Shown here: positions 45,022 through 59,884 of the stretch, in pieces
How positions within the stretch are numbered: the stretch's first letter is position 1
How the letters are laid out: each line of letters begins with the position of its first letter
Sequence record: OM953433
DNA: 64,000 nucleotides
From: Shigella phage Henu11
Reading direction: 5' to 3' (one strand)
The notes under the pieces: model-generated
What the model saw: the letters and a program-made list of their open reading frames with translations, nothing else
What the model was told of the DNA's origin: nothing
Databases searched by the model: none
Position numbers and translations under genes: made by a program

Positions 45022-46374
45022 ATGTGGAATCCAATTGTTAATGTAGATATTACATTGAACACAGCAGGAACTACAAGAGAAGGTTTTGGTTTACCATTAT
45101 TCCTTGCTTCAACAGATAACTTTGAAGAAAGAATCCGTGGTTATACTTCATTAACAGAAGTAGCTGAAGACTTTGATGAAAGTACTGCTGCGTATAAAGC
45201 TGCAAAACAGCTATGGAGCCAAACTCCAAAAGTAACTCAACTGTATATTGGTAGAAGAACTATGCAATATACTGTTTCTATTCCTGACACAGTGGCTGAA
45301 GGAAGTGAATATTCATTGACAGTTGCTATCGGTGGTGGTGTTTCTCAACCATTCCAATACACTGCAAAAGAAAACGACACAGCACTTATTGTCTTGAATG
45401 AGTTTAAATCACAGATTGAAGCAAGCCCAACAATTAAAGATGGTGTTAATGTTAGTGTAACAGGTACTGGTGCTTCTGCGACGATGATTATTACTAAAGC
45501 TGGTGATAATGACTTCGTAAAAGTAACGTCTATTACACCTACAACATCTATTGCAGCAACAACTGCTGACACGGCTTCCGCTGCTCTGGCATCCATTGAA
45601 GCATATTCAACAGATTGGTACTTCATCTCAGCAGAAGACAGAACTCAACAGTTTGTCTTGGCAATGGCTTCAGAGATTCAGGCTCGTAAGAAGATTTTCT
45701 TCACAGCTAATGCTGACGTTAAGGCTCTGCAAGGCACTGATTTGACCTCTGCAACAGATGTTCCGGCACAGTTAGCTAAGAGCAAGTACACTCGTACAGT
45801 TTGCTTGTGGCATCACACAGCCGAGTATGACTACCCAGAAATGGCTTACATCGCATATGGTTCTCCATATGATGCAGGTTCAATTGCTTGGGGTAACGCT
45901 CAATTAACTGGTGTTGCAGCATCTCTACAACCTGCTAACCAGAGACCACTGACAAGCATTCAGAAGTCAGCTTTGGATACCCGTAGCTGTAATTTCATTG
46001 ACCTCGATGGTGGGGTTCCTGTAGTGCGTAGAGGTATCACTTCTGGTGGTGAATGGATTGATATTGTACGTGGTGTTGATTGGCTTGAATCTGATTTGAA
46101 AACATCTCTGAGAGACTTGCTAATTAATCAGAAGGGTGGTAAGATTACTTATGATGATACTGGTATTACCCGTATTCGTCAGGTCATTGAAACATCTCTT
46201 CAGCGAGCAGTTAACAGAAACTTTTTGTCAACTTACACCGTTACTGTTCCTAAAGCCTCACAAGTTGCATTGGCAGATAAGAAAGCACGTATCCTGAAAG
46301 ACGTTACCTTCCACGGTATTCTTGCAGGGGCTATCTTGGATGTTGACTTGAAAGGCACAGTGGCTTACGAATAA
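45022..46374 (+). CDS. tail sheath protein (putative)
   Basis: 450 aa ORF preceding the tube, chaperone and tape-measure genes. Confidence 0.5.
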   Translation: MWNPIVNVDITLNTAGTTREGFGLPLFLASTDNFEERIRGYTSLTEVAEDFDESTAAYKAAKQLWSQTPKVTQLYIGRRTMQYTVSIPDTVAEGSEYSLTVAIGGGVSQPFQYTAKENDTALIVLNEFKSQIEASPTIKDGVNVSVTGTGASATMIITKAGDNDFVKVTSITPTTSIAATTADTASAALASIEAYSTDWYFISAEDRTQQFVLAMASEIQARKKIFFTANADVKALQGTDLTSATDVPAQLAKSKYTRTVCLWHHTAEYDYPEMAYIAYGSPYDAGSIAWGNAQLTGVAASLQPANQRPLTSIQKSALDTRSCNFIDLDGGVPVVRRGITSGGEWIDIVRGVDWLESDLKTSLRDLLINQKGGKITYDDTGITRIRQVIETSLQRAVNRNFLSTYTVTVPKASQVALADKKARILKDVTFHGILAGAILDVDLKGTVAYE

Positions 46375-46388
46375 AGGAGTAATTAGGA

Positions 46389-46835
46389 ATGGCTATGTAT
46401 CAGCAATATTCCCCTAAAGATGTAGTTTGTAGCTGGAATGGCATTGCCATTGAAGGTTTTGCACCAGACTCATTCTTGCGTCTTCAGAGAACTTCTCCAC
46501 TTGTTACGCCAGTTGTAGGTGCAGGTGGTCAAGTAGCTCTGACAAGAAATGCAGACAAGACAGGTACGATTGAGATTGAGCTAATGCAGACTTCTCTATC
46601 AAACCAGATGCTTTCTGCAATTCAAGCTAAACAAGATGACATGGAACTTGAAGAAGATATCTCATCTAACTTTGTAATTTACGACCCATCTGGTTCAGTT
46701 CTGGCAACAGGTATTAATGCTTGGTTGCAAGAGCTTCCACAGATTGAATTAGGTCGTGACCAGAACTCGAAAACTTGGATTTTCGGTTGTGAGAAGTTAG
46801 ACTACACTTCAACAATCCCTGCGTCAAGCGTTTAA
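46389..46835 (+). CDS. tail tube protein (putative)
   Basis: 148 aa ORF between sheath and chaperones. Confidence 0.5.
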   Translation: MAMYQQYSPKDVVCSWNGIAIEGFAPDSFLRLQRTSPLVTPVVGAGGQVALTRNADKTGTIEIELMQTSLSNQMLSAIQAKQDDMELEEDISSNFVIYDPSGSVLATGINAWLQELPQIELGRDQNSKTWIFGCEKLDYTSTIPASSV

Positions 46836-46911
46836 CAAATCCTAATAAGGGGGAGACTGTAAAAGGTCTTCCCCTTTTGTGTTTTTATAGCATAACTTTT
46901 AAGGAATCACA

Positions 46912-47313
46912 ATGAAGACTGAAACTAAAATGATTAATGGCAAGAAGGTAACTATTATTCTTCTTGGAGCAAGAGATGGTATCCGTATCTCTATGAAACT
47001 TGGTAAAGCAGTTGTACCAGCATTTGCACAGATGTTCTCTGGTTTAACCTCTAAAGATGGGGAATCTAAAATCCCATTTAAAGAACTCGTTGAAGCTTGC
47101 TTTGAAAAGGTTGATGAACTAGATATTGATGCAATGGCAGAGACACTATTTCAGGGGGCAACAGTTAATGACTTCCCACTGAAAATTGATAGTTACTTCC
47201 AAGCGAACTACGGTGAATTTATTGACTTTTTAGCTTTTGCTTTGGAGGCAAACTTCGGAAGTTTTTTCGAGGCAAGCATTTTCAAAAGCCTAACTTCTCA
47301 ACAGGAAGCTTAA
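46912..47313 (+). CDS. tail assembly chaperone (G-like)
   Basis: ORF track; slippery T_TTT_TTC near 3' end; -1 frame runs into the next ORF. Confidence 0.55.
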   Translation: MKTETKMINGKKVTIILLGARDGIRISMKLGKAVVPAFAQMFSGLTSKDGESKIPFKELVEACFEKVDELDIDAMAETLFQGATVNDFPLKIDSYFQANYGEFIDFLAFALEANFGSFFEASIFKSLTSQQEA

Positions 47314-47321
47314 GTTATTCT

Positions 47322-47549
47322 ATGCAGACCCCGCTGACTGACGGGGCTGTAAAGGCAACTTATGATGAAGCAGATGAGATGAAATTTGTGCTTGCTATTT
47401 ATGGTATGGATGGGTGTAAAGAAACACTCAACCAACTTTTTGATATGACCTTCGTTGATTTATTATCTCTACGTCAATATTTAGAAATCCAGAAGTCATA
47501 TAAAGAAGAAATGGCTTACAACGAACTCAGAAAAGCAGGTAAAATTTAA
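47322..47549 (+). CDS. tail assembly chaperone frameshift extension (GT-like)
   Basis: -1 frame from 47262 is stop-free through this ORF. Confidence 0.5.
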   Translation: MQTPLTDGAVKATYDEADEMKFVLAIYGMDGCKETLNQLFDMTFVDLLSLRQYLEIQKSYKEEMAYNELRKAGKI

Positions 47550-49785
47550 TGGCACAATATACAGTTGATAGTTTTATTGTTGAACTTGGATTCAGTGAAA
47601 AGGTTATTAAGGGTTTGCAAAGAGTTGAGAAAATGGCTATGCAGTCTGCTCAACGTATTGAACGCAATATCAATAAAGCCTTTGATGTGAAGCCTAATAG
47701 AAGTTCACAAGACGCTCTAAACAGACTTGTAAAAAACGCTCAGACTGCTTCAGGCAGAATCAATAAATCCCTAAACAATGCTATGAATTTAGATTCACAA
47801 GGTGTAAAATCACTTCGTAGATTAGAAACACAGGGTAAGAAAACAGCCAAAGAAATTAATAAGGCTCTAAGACAAGCTATGAATGTTGAAGGTAAAGTCA
47901 ATGTTCGTGGTGGAGTTGGTAGAGGCCGTGGTAACACTATCCCTCCGGTTGGAGGTGGTGGTTCACCTAGAGTTAGACCTGATATTGCTCAAAGACAGAT
48001 GGAAAGAATGTTTAACAACAACTTCTATTCTGGTTTGACTCGTCGTCTTGAAACAATTGGTGGACAAGGTAACCAAATGGCTACTTCCTTCAGAGGAAGC
48101 TTACAAGGAATCTATAATAAGTACAAAGGTAGTGGTAAAGTTGGTGAGTATGAGATGGAAGTCAAGAAACTCATTGACACTACCAAACGTTGGGTTATTG
48201 CAGAAAATGCTAGACTTAAGGCAGTCAGAGAGTCAGCTTGGTTACAAGACAGAGCAAACTCTTCACTAAGACAGCTTGTAGGTGGTTTTGTTTCAGCGTA
48301 TGCTATGCTGGAATTAGCTCAGAAGACTATTGATGCAGGTGTAAAGAGACAGTCTGCACAGTTAGCCTCAACAGCTATCTTTGGAGGGGATACACAGCAA
48401 GCTAGAATGTTCGCTGCTACGTTCTCTCACCAGATTGGTCAGAACTACACAGACACTATGAAGCAGTACTCAAACTTCGCTGCTGGTGCTCAACCAGAGT
48501 TAGGTTTTAAAGGAACTCAAGAGTTCTATAAAAATGCTGCTATGTTCTCACGTATTCGTGGTGCTTCTGATGAAGACTTGAAAGGTATCATGGTTGCTTT
48601 CCAGCAAATGGCATCTAAAGGTAAGATTCAGGCTGAAGAACTTCGTGGTCAGTTAGGTGACCGTTTGGCAGGTGCGGTTCAGTTATTTGCTGATGCTATT
48701 GGTAAAACTCCACAAGAACTTGACAAGATGATGAAAGATGGTCAGCTTCTTGCAAAAGACGTTCTACCAAAAGTCTCAGAAAAAATGAGAGAGCTTGTTG
48801 AAGCAGCAGGTGGTATGAATGCAGTTTCTAAGCAGACAGCTACCTCTATGGGTCAAGCAAAGGCAATGTGGGATAACACCCTTGTAGCTTTGTTTAACAA
48901 CTCTAGCGAAGGTATCTCACAACTCTCTAACTCAGTTGCAATGTTCTTGCAAGGTTCCCTTGGTACATCTGAAGCACTTGGTACAGGTATTGGTTACCTT
49001 TTAAAAGGTGCTAGTAACCTTCTAGACTTCGTGACAGATATCATGTACCGCATTTCTTCATTGTACTATACCTCAATGGGCTATTTCAAGGAATTAGATG
49101 CTAGTCAACAGAAACTAATCAAGGATTCTGCTGAGTTAGTTGCTACGTTCACCGCTATTGGTGTCTCAATTGCAGCTATTACAAAAGTCGCTAAAATCTT
49201 TGGTGGTACTGTAGCATTTGTCAAGAGTATCTTTGAAGAAGGTATCTTAGCTAAGATTGCACAGAAGTTTGGATTAACTACAGCAGCAGAAACAGCAGCT
49301 ACAACGGCTGGTGTATCAGCAACCAGAATGGCTCTTGGTGTAGGTGGTTCTGCATTAATGTTATCTGGTTCAGTTGACAAGAATGCTGGAAAGAGATTTA
49401 ACGAGGTTAACACACCTAATCCTTTCAATGAAGCTATCTCAGGAATCACTAATCCAAAACGTCCAATGTTCTTTGACCAGAATGGGCAACTTCAGTTTGC
49501 ACAATATACCACAGACACTTCTGGAAATATTCAGAGGGTTGATAATGGTTTGTCAAATTGGGATATTATCATGAACAACCTGTCTGAGTCTCTAAATAAC
49601 TTTGCAAACAAGTTTAACCAGACACCTATGATGATGACTCCCTCTGGACTACCATTGCAAACTAAGCAGACGCTTAACGTTTCCTTTAATCTGGATGGTA
49701 AGCAGATTGCTACTAAGATGGTGGATATCACTGATAAGAGTCAGGAAGATATTCTGTTAAACTCTAGCTACCCAGAGGATGAATA

Positions 49786-49786
<1 letters not shown>
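47549..49786 (+). CDS. tail tape measure protein
   Basis: 745 aa; helical N-terminus, Gly-rich and hydrophobic segments; after chaperone pair. Confidence 0.75.
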
Positions 49787-52547
<2,761 letters not shown>

Positions 52548-52548
<1 letters not shown>

Positions 52549-52964
52549 TGAAAACAGATTTTGCAATTAATCTTGGTGGTGACTACGTAGCTAAATTAGG
52601 AAATGATTCTGTATACGTTGCTCACGGAGATTTAAAAATTACGGGTAATCAGATTAGAATTATCCCAGAAGACGATAAAGCTACTCAGGTAGCTCAAAGA
52701 TTACATATTAGGTGTCTTCTAAGGGCTGGAGAGGTATTCTTTAATACATCTGCTGGATTCCCTTATTTACAGCTTGCTAAGTTCAAGCAGAAGACCTCTA
52801 TTTTTGATAATTATATGAAAGGTTACCTTGTTGAAACGAGAGATGTAACAAACATCTACAACTACTCTTCAACAATGGATAATGCAATGAGGAAAGTGTC
52901 AGTAAGATTTAATGCAACGACAACTGCTGACGATGTTGAAATTAATACAGAGGTAAACATTTAA
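52548..52964 (+). CDS. baseplate wedge protein (putative)
   Basis: ORF track 138 aa; synteny. Confidence 0.4.
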
Positions 52965-54433
52965 TGGCTGGATTAACAACTACAGGTTTACAAACAAAAA
53001 GATATCAAGAAATCTTGGATGATGTTAAAGCAAGTCTGTATAGAGATATCTCACCAAACCTTGATGTTTCTGAAGATAGCGAACTTGGGTTATTCTTAGC
53101 TTCTGTTTGCCGGGGTCTTGCAGACGTTCATGAAATCTTGTCAGAAATTTATGACGGTGGTACTATTGACAAAGCTGAAGGATTCAGTTTAGATGATGTA
53201 ACAGCTTTGAATGCTGTATACAGATATGTGGCACAGGCTACAAGAGGCCAAGCTGAGTTCACTGGTAATTCTGGTGCTCCTGTACCAGCCACTACAAGAT
53301 TAAGAAGCACAGCAGGTAATATCTTTTACCCTGTGTCAACTTTCACGCTGACTCCATCTTACTGTGTAGAGGCAAACTTAGAAGTTAACTCTTTACGAAC
53401 AGATGCAAACTATGTTATTATCATTGACAACATTGAGTATTCATATCAGCCGACTAGTTCTGATACCATTACAACATTGCTACAGAAACTTGCAGATGCT
53501 ATTAATGGTGGTATTATTGCAAAGGCTGAAGTTATTAATGATGGCTCAGTTCTAAGAATCTATAAAGACACTGGAGATATCATTGCCAGAACTAACCCTA
53601 TGGTTGTTACTGCAACGACATTCTTAACATTTACAAAGATTACTTCAATCAGTGACGTTGTAGCAGATGAAACTGGAGCTATCCAGACTCTTGCAGGAAC
53701 CTTGATTGAGATTGAAACAACTGTAGATGGTCTTGATAGTGTTTTCAACAGATATGACTTGACAACAGGTCGTGATGAGGAAACTGACACAGAACTGAGA
53801 CAGCGTTACTTAGAATCTCTGGCTGTTACTGGTGTAGGTACTCTGGATGCTATTGTAGCTGCTGTCAAGAGAGTACAAGGTGTGTCTGATGCTTCTGGTG
53901 TAGAAAATGATACTGAGACAACAAACGCTGATGGTCTTCCTCCGAAGTCTTTTAAGATTGTTGTAGTTGGTGGTCAGAATGATAATATTGCACAGGCAAT
54001 CTGGGACACGAAACCTGCTGGTATTCGCCCATATGGTTCAATCTTTGGGACTGCATATGACTTAGGTTCTCTCCCTCACGACGTTTACTTTAGTAGACCA
54101 ATGCCTAAATACGTTTTTGTCAAGGTTACTTACTCTCTTTACGATGAAGAAACTCTTAACATCCCTGAACAGGATATTCATGACAGAATTGTTCAAGGTA
54201 TTAATGCCTACGGTAGAACTTTGAAAGTTGGTAACGATGTAATCCCTAACAGAATCTATGGACATATCTATGATGTGATTCAAGGTATCGAGATTAATGA
54301 GATTAAGGTTGCACTTTCAAATAACCAAGCAATTCCACCTGCTGAGGGGCAGTACACAACTTCAAGAATCACTATTGATGGTGACCAGTACACTGTTTGG
54401 GAAAGCTCACAGTATACAATTACCAAGGAGTAA
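52964..54433 (+). CDS. baseplate J-like protein (putative)
   Basis: ORF track 489 aa; synteny. Confidence 0.5.
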   Translation: MAGLTTTGLQTKRYQEILDDVKASLYRDISPNLDVSEDSELGLFLASVCRGLADVHEILSEIYDGGTIDKAEGFSLDDVTALNAVYRYVAQATRGQAEFTGNSGAPVPATTRLRSTAGNIFYPVSTFTLTPSYCVEANLEVNSLRTDANYVIIIDNIEYSYQPTSSDTITTLLQKLADAINGGIIAKAEVINDGSVLRIYKDTGDIIARTNPMVVTATTFLTFTKITSISDVVADETGAIQTLAGTLIEIETTVDGLDSVFNRYDLTTGRDEETDTELRQRYLESLAVTGVGTLDAIVAAVKRVQGVSDASGVENDTETTNADGLPPKSFKIVVVGGQNDNIAQAIWDTKPAGIRPYGSIFGTAYDLGSLPHDVYFSRPMPKYVFVKVTYSLYDEETLNIPEQDIHDRIVQGINAYGRTLKVGNDVIPNRIYGHIYDVIQGIEINEIKVALSNNQAIPPAEGQYTTSRITIDGDQYTVWESSQYTITKE

Positions 54434-54435
54434 CA

Positions 54436-55293
54436 ATGTTTAAAAAGATTGAAAACTTTTATGAGAAAACATTGGACGAAAGAACTGTAACTCAATTCAA
54501 AGATAAGTTTATTTACACGAGTCTATTGAAATCTATCACAGATGAGTTACAATTATTAGAGGATATCAGTAATCAGTTATATACTGAAAGAAATATTCGT
54601 GTAGGTGTTGGCACACAACTTGATAACATTGGGGCTTTGATTAAAGTCCCTAGACCTATTGGTGCTGATGATGACACTTACAGAGCTATCCTCTACATTC
54701 AAATTTTCTTAAGACGTTCTGATACCACACCAAGCTTCTTACAAAGGGCTGTTATGACCCTTTACAACGCATCATTCAGTCAGATTTTTGAGCACATTAC
54801 GCCAATGACTGGTGGAATTGTTATCCGTGTAAACACTCGTAATAACGTGTTAGATACAGCATACACACTTTCTAAGATTGCTGCAACAACTATTGGTTCA
54901 GCAGTTATCCTTAGAGATGTTACCTTAAATGGTACTGCTTGGACTCCTGTAGAGGTTGCTGATTCATCTCTGGCAATTACTGATGAGAACAATAACTGGT
55001 TTGTAACAAACACTAACAAGGGTCTTATTACGAACAACACAGGTGGCTCTCTAGAAGCAAATAAATTAGGTAGTTTTGCAGATGCAGGTGTAAGAGATGG
55101 TTATGTAAGAGTGGATAAAACTGGTGGAAGTACCAGTAAAGATTATTTAAAAGTCAGCAAAACAAACAATAGCAACGACTATTTCATTGCTGGTAAAGAA
55201 ACAGTAGCAGGTGGTGATTATGGGATTATGGCAGAAGTCGCCCAAATCGTCAAAGGCAGAAAAGATAAATCTCAACAAGAAGGAAGTTCATAA
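54436..55293 (+). CDS. baseplate/tail-fibre-associated protein (putative)
   Basis: ORF track 54397..55293; start moved to ATG 54436 behind AAGGAG. Confidence 0.45.
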   Translation: MFKKIENFYEKTLDERTVTQFKDKFIYTSLLKSITDELQLLEDISNQLYTERNIRVGVGTQLDNIGALIKVPRPIGADDDTYRAILYIQIFLRRSDTTPSFLQRAVMTLYNASFSQIFEHITPMTGGIVIRVNTRNNVLDTAYTLSKIAATTIGSAVILRDVTLNGTAWTPVEVADSSLAITDENNNWFVTNTNKGLITNNTGGSLEANKLGSFADAGVRDGYVRVDKTGGSTSKDYLKVSKTNNSNDYFIAGKETVAGGDYGIMAEVAQIVKGRKDKSQQEGSS

Positions 55294-55592
55294 TGTCTCT
55301 TTCATGGTCTACAGACACAGTTGATGCTGATGGTAACCAGCTTAAAGTTTTACCACCTCCAGAAATTCAAGCCACTGGCCTATTAAGGGGTGAGCCTATG
55401 GGTCGTCAGTGGTTTAACTATATTATCAACTATTTGCTTAACAAAGTAAATGGTACGGTTGGAGAGGTTCGTTCATTTGCTACAGAGCAACCTGATTTAG
55501 TTTCCAATGGTTGGGAATTAATTGACACAGTAACAGGAACTGCACCCACTAGCACGACTAACCTTTACACATACGAATATAAAGGGAGCTAA
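55293..55592 (+). CDS. hypothetical tail protein
   Basis: ORF track 99 aa. Confidence 0.45.
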   Translation: MSLSWSTDTVDADGNQLKVLPPPEIQATGLLRGEPMGRQWFNYIINYLLNKVNGTVGEVRSFATEQPDLVSNGWELIDTVTGTAPTSTTNLYTYEYKGS

Positions 55593-55594
55593 TA

Positions 55595-56770
55595 ATGCCA
55601 GTAGGTGAAATTCAAATTAGTGCATTACCTCAAGCCTCGTTGCCTATTGATTTAAGTGATATCTTTCACCTTAAGCAAGGTATTGAGGATAAACGATGCA
55701 CACTTGAGCAATTACTTGCTCCACACGCATCTTTAAGAAATAACCCACACGGTGTTACAAAGGTTCACGTAGAACTTGGTAATGTTGTTAACGCACTCCA
55801 ATTAGTGGCTGCTAATAACTTGTCAGACGTGGTTAGTGTTGAAGAGGCTAGACAGAACCTTAATATTCTATCAAGTGATGAAGTTAATGCCCTTATTCAA
55901 AATCACATTAATGACAAGAATAACCCTCACAACACTAACAAGATTCAAGTAGGTTTGTCTAATATTCAAAACTGGACATATTCAAACTCTTACTCTGAAG
56001 ATGCTGATAAGTATGCTACTGCAAAAGCTGTGAATGCTTTATATAGAGCTATCCAGAATAGCTATCCAATTGGTACTATTCATTTGTCAGTTAACCCTGC
56101 AAACCCATCTACATATTTACTTTGTGGTGGTACTTGGGAGTTAGTTTCTAAAGGAAGGTCTCTTGTCGGTTATGACACAGATACAAGACCTGTAGAATCA
56201 GTATTTGGTTCTGCTACTGTAACACTTACACAAAATAACATTCCAAGTCACACACACTCTGTGTTGTTAACTGGTGGTGGACACTCCCATAATGCAACAG
56301 TAGTAATTTCTAGCTTTGACTATGGGACTAAGAGCACATCAAGTTTTGATTATGGTTCTAAGGCCACAAACGACTCTGGAAGCCACGCTCATAATGTTAA
56401 TGGTTCTGTAAGCAGTGCTGGTAGTCACAGCCACAGGATTCCATTGAGGGGTTCTGACAGGGGTGGTGTAAACGCTATTACGGCAACGGCTGATGCAGGT
56501 GTTGGTAATGCGTCATATACAGACTTTGATGGGGTTCACACACATACCTTCAACGTTAACTCTTCAGTTGGTGGTAACCACTCTCACAGTGTGTATATCG
56601 GAGCACATGGACACAGCGTTGCAATTGGTTCACATGGACACTCAGGTACTGTGACAGTTCAATCTTCTGAGCACACTCACTCAGGTACAACTGGTGCATT
56701 TGGTGCTGGACAAGCATTTAATATTGAGCAACCTTCTTATGTTGTATATGTTTGGAAGAGAACTGCGTAA
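55595..56770 (+). CDS. tail fibre protein with His-rich C-terminal repeats
   Basis: repeated HxH motifs (HTHSV, GGHSHNA, GSHAHNV, GSHSHRI, GNHSHSV, GAHGHSV, GSHGHSG). Confidence 0.6.
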   Translation: MPVGEIQISALPQASLPIDLSDIFHLKQGIEDKRCTLEQLLAPHASLRNNPHGVTKVHVELGNVVNALQLVAANNLSDVVSVEEARQNLNILSSDEVNALIQNHINDKNNPHNTNKIQVGLSNIQNWTYSNSYSEDADKYATAKAVNALYRAIQNSYPIGTIHLSVNPANPSTYLLCGGTWELVSKGRSLVGYDTDTRPVESVFGSATVTLTQNNIPSHTHSVLLTGGGHSHNATVVISSFDYGTKSTSSFDYGSKATNDSGSHAHNVNGSVSSAGSHSHRIPLRGSDRGGVNAITATADAGVGNASYTDFDGVHTHTFNVNSSVGGNHSHSVYIGAHGHSVAIGSHGHSGTVTVQSSEHTHSGTTGAFGAGQAFNIEQPSYVVYVWKRTA

Positions 56771-56814
56771 TTATTTATAAGGGGCTACACAGCCCCTAGA
56801 AAGAGGATTTATAA

Positions 56815-59193
56815 ATGGCTGAATATAAGCTAAGTGAGCTAAACAGTATTGATACAGTTCGCTCAGAAGATTTACTTCACCTAAGAATTATCAAAAGGTC
56901 TGATATGCTAGGTGATGAAGACCGTAAAATGACCTATGCAAATTTCCTTGCCTCTTTCAAACTAGAAAGATTCTTACAACTAACTGGTGGGGATATGACA
57001 GGGAATCTTGGCATCGTCAAATTAAGATACGGTGGAAAAGACTTATTAGACCCAACAGGTTCTTCTGAGGTTATTCTCGGTGACACTGCCAAGACCTTTA
57101 GAATTAATGCAAGTGCTTTAAGATTAACTGTAAATGATGCCACAAGGTCTGCAACAGTTTATCACACACTTAATAAACCATCTCCTAATGAATTAGGTAT
57201 GAGAACTAATACTGAAAATGATGCAAGATATGCTATGAAGGAAACTGAAAATACTTTCTTGGCAAGACAAATCATTAATATCAACGGTGTTGGTCTAACA
57301 CTTAAAAGTATCTTACCAGATGGTGGAGCATATATTGAAGCAAGGGACTCAAATAATGCTTTGAGATTCACAGTTGGTAACTTGACTTCTGGTACTGATG
57401 TTACATTAGTTAATAGTAAGGGTGCTACGTTGACTCTTGGCACAAACTCTGTTAGTGTTGATAAGAATTTTGAAATCAATGGACAGGTTCAGCCTAATAA
57501 CTGGAATAACCTTGATGCAAGATTCTTTACACAGACTGCTGCTGACCAGAGATTTGCAAAACTTAATGCAAGTAATAACTTTGTTGGGGTTAACAACTTC
57601 AATGGTAAGACTTATGTTATTGCAGATAGTAATGCACTTAACTTAAGAGCGGTTACAGAGAATGCTGCATTATTTATGCGTGGTTATAACAGTGCTGGGA
57701 CAGGAACTTGGTATGTAGGTCAACCAGATGGTACGCAGTCTGAGATTGTTTTAGCAAATCAGATGACAAATGTTAACTTGAAAATTGCTACAGAGTTTTC
57801 ATTTAATAAAGCTATCAATGTAACTGGTCAGGTAAAACCAAGTGACTTTGCAAACTTTGATACAAGATACGTTCCAAGCTCTTTAACGAATGTTCTTGCA
57901 AGAACTAATGCTGCAAACGTGTTCACTAGCCCACAAACTATTGTTGCAACAGGTGGAGCATTAACAGTTCAAAGTGAAACAGCCAACTCATCACTGTACT
58001 TTGTTGGTGCTAATGCAGATGGTAACAGACGTTGGTTTATCGGTAACGGTGAAACAACTAAACCAAACTCTCTATTCCTGTACAACTATTCAAGTGGTGG
58101 TGTACAGTTAGAGATTGCTGATACTTTCATGTTCAATAGAAGCGTATCAGTAACTGGTCAGGTTCAGCCTACAGATTGGACAAACTTTGATACAAGATAC
58201 TACACACAATCTGCTGCAAACTCAAGGTATATGCTATCTGGTGTATCTGGAACGGGAACCGAAGTTGGTGATGCAACAGGTATTGCTTGGAATGCAAAAA
58301 CAGGTTTGTACAGTGTTACAAATTCAACTGGTGGGTCTACTCACTTAGTTTACCAAATGTACCTTGGAGTTGGCGCATCTACACCAACTGCACAGTTTAA
58401 ATTTAACTACAAGAATACTGGAATCTATTATAGAACAGCAAGGGATGGATTTGGTTTTGAAGAGGTTTGGGCTAAAATCTACACAGACCAAGACAAACCT
58501 ACACCCTCTGAACTTGGTGCTTACACCAAGGCTGAAGTAGACCAACGTATTGCTTCCGCTGTAACTGATGCTACAGACCTTAAAAAAGTGTATCCAGTTG
58601 GTATTGTGACGTTCTTTGCTTCTAATGTCAACCCAAATACAGCTTTCCCAGGCACTACTTGGACTTACTTGACAGAGGGTGCAAACAGAACTATTAGAAT
58701 TGGTTCTGCAAATGGTTCCGATGTGAAAGGTCTTGGTGGTTCTGATACGGTGGCTCTAAGTGTTGGTCATATTCCTGCGCACACTCATAGCTTCTCTGGA
58801 ACAACTTCTTGGTTTGACTATGGTACTAAGTACACAGATGGTCAGGGTGCTCACGACCACGACAGAGGTAATATGGAAATCTCTGGTAACTTTGGATGGT
58901 TTAGAAGTGATAATGAGTCATTTTACCTTGCAAACGGTGCTTTTGCAATGAGTGGTAGCCAAGGTGGTCATAGTTTCACTGGTTCTAACTTCACTTATGG
59001 TGCGCCAGTTAACTTCTATGCTTCCAGAACTTGGACAGGTAGAACTAGTTGGGTAGGTGCTCATGCTCACGGTGTAGGTATTGGTGGACACAACCACACA
59101 TTCAGTGGTAACACTGGGGCAACTGGTTCTGGTGCAGCATTCAGTGTTCTTAACACTTACATTAAACTAATGGCTTGGGTAAGAACTGCATAA
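56815..59193 (+). CDS. long tail fibre protein with internal repeats and His-rich tip
   Basis: three VTGQV(Q/K)PxDWxNFDTRY repeats; C-terminus shares HxH motifs and (W/A)WVRTA ending with 55595..56770. Confidence 0.65.
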   Translation: MAEYKLSELNSIDTVRSEDLLHLRIIKRSDMLGDEDRKMTYANFLASFKLERFLQLTGGDMTGNLGIVKLRYGGKDLLDPTGSSEVILGDTAKTFRINASALRLTVNDATRSATVYHTLNKPSPNELGMRTNTENDARYAMKETENTFLARQIININGVGLTLKSILPDGGAYIEARDSNNALRFTVGNLTSGTDVTLVNSKGATLTLGTNSVSVDKNFEINGQVQPNNWNNLDARFFTQTAADQRFAKLNASNNFVGVNNFNGKTYVIADSNALNLRAVTENAALFMRGYNSAGTGTWYVGQPDGTQSEIVLANQMTNVNLKIATEFSFNKAINVTGQVKPSDFANFDTRYVPSSLTNVLARTNAANVFTSPQTIVATGGALTVQSETANSSLYFVGANADGNRRWFIGNGETTKPNSLFLYNYSSGGVQLEIADTFMFNRSVSVTGQVQPTDWTNFDTRYYTQSAANSRYMLSGVSGTGTEVGDATGIAWNAKTGLYSVTNSTGGSTHLVYQMYLGVGASTPTAQFKFNYKNTGIYYRTARDGFGFEEVWAKIYTDQDKPTPSELGAYTKAEVDQRIASAVTDATDLKKVYPVGIVTFFASNVNPNTAFPGTTWTYLTEGANRTIRIGSANGSDVKGLGGSDTVALSVGHIPAHTHSFSGTTSWFDYGTKYTDGQGAHDHDRGNMEISGNFGWFRSDNESFYLANGAFAMSGSQGGHSFTGSNFTYGAPVNFYASRTWTGRTSWVGAHAHGVGIGGHNHTFSGNTGATGSGAAFSVLNTYIKLMAWVRTA

Positions 59194-59279
59194 TTACCTT
59201 GTTGACTAACTGTCAAGATGGTGTTAATATTTCTTAGTAGGTATTCTCACCATCTTGGCTCAAGAAGTAAGGTGATTAA

Positions 59280-59474
59280 ATGCCAACCATTCTAGCAATC
59301 CTCTTGAAAAATCTTGGGGCATTCTTCTGGAAGCTTCTACTTTCTCTTCTTAGCGAATACATGATTGAAAAAGTGTTCTTTAAGCTTGCAAGATACCTTG
59401 CGAGTAAAACAGACACACCTATCGATGATGAATTTGTAGATACCTTGGAAAAGGCTTTTAAGGGTGAAAAATAA
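59280..59474 (+). CDS. small hydrophobic protein (possible holin-like)
   Basis: ORF track 64 aa; hydrophobic N-terminus. Confidence 0.4.
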   Translation: MPTILAILLKNLGAFFWKLLLSLLSEYMIEKVFFKLARYLASKTDTPIDDEFVDTLEKAFKGEK

Positions 59475-59848
59475 TGAAGTGGATTGAAGAGGCTTTTAAG
59501 AACAACATTGGTGCAATTGTTGTAGGTATTTTCAGTGTAATTGGCATGTACACTACGATGCAGGTCTCTGATGGAAAGCAAGAAGTTTCTATCAACACAA
59601 AGTTACAACAGTTGGATAGTTACTCAAAAGGTAACTATTCAGCTATTCGTGATTTACAGTCTGATATGAAGCTCCTACAATTAGGGATGGAGAACCAGAA
59701 AGTTCAGCTAGAGAATGTTAAGGGAGAAAACGCTAAGTTGACTAAGACCCTTGATAAGTTCTCTGACAGTGTTAACAACTTAGCACAATCTGTATCAGCT
59801 TTGCAAGCAATTACAGAACAAAATACCCAAAGCACTAAAAAGAAATAA
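59474..59848 (+). CDS. membrane-anchored coiled-coil protein
   Basis: ORF track; N-terminal TM IGAIVVGIFSVIGMY then helical region. Confidence 0.45.
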   Translation: MKWIEEAFKNNIGAIVVGIFSVIGMYTTMQVSDGKQEVSINTKLQQLDSYSKGNYSAIRDLQSDMKLLQLGMENQKVQLENVKGENAKLTKTLDKFSDSVNNLAQSVSALQAITEQNTQSTKKK

Positions 59849-59854
59849 TTCTAA

Positions 59855-59880
59855 GGCTCCTTTTTACGGGAGCCTTTTTT
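59855..59880. terminator. terminator hairpin between convergent blocks
   Basis: ggctcc...ggagcc hairpin with T6 on the plus strand and an A-run upstream. Confidence 0.55.
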
Positions 59881-59884
59881 GTTT

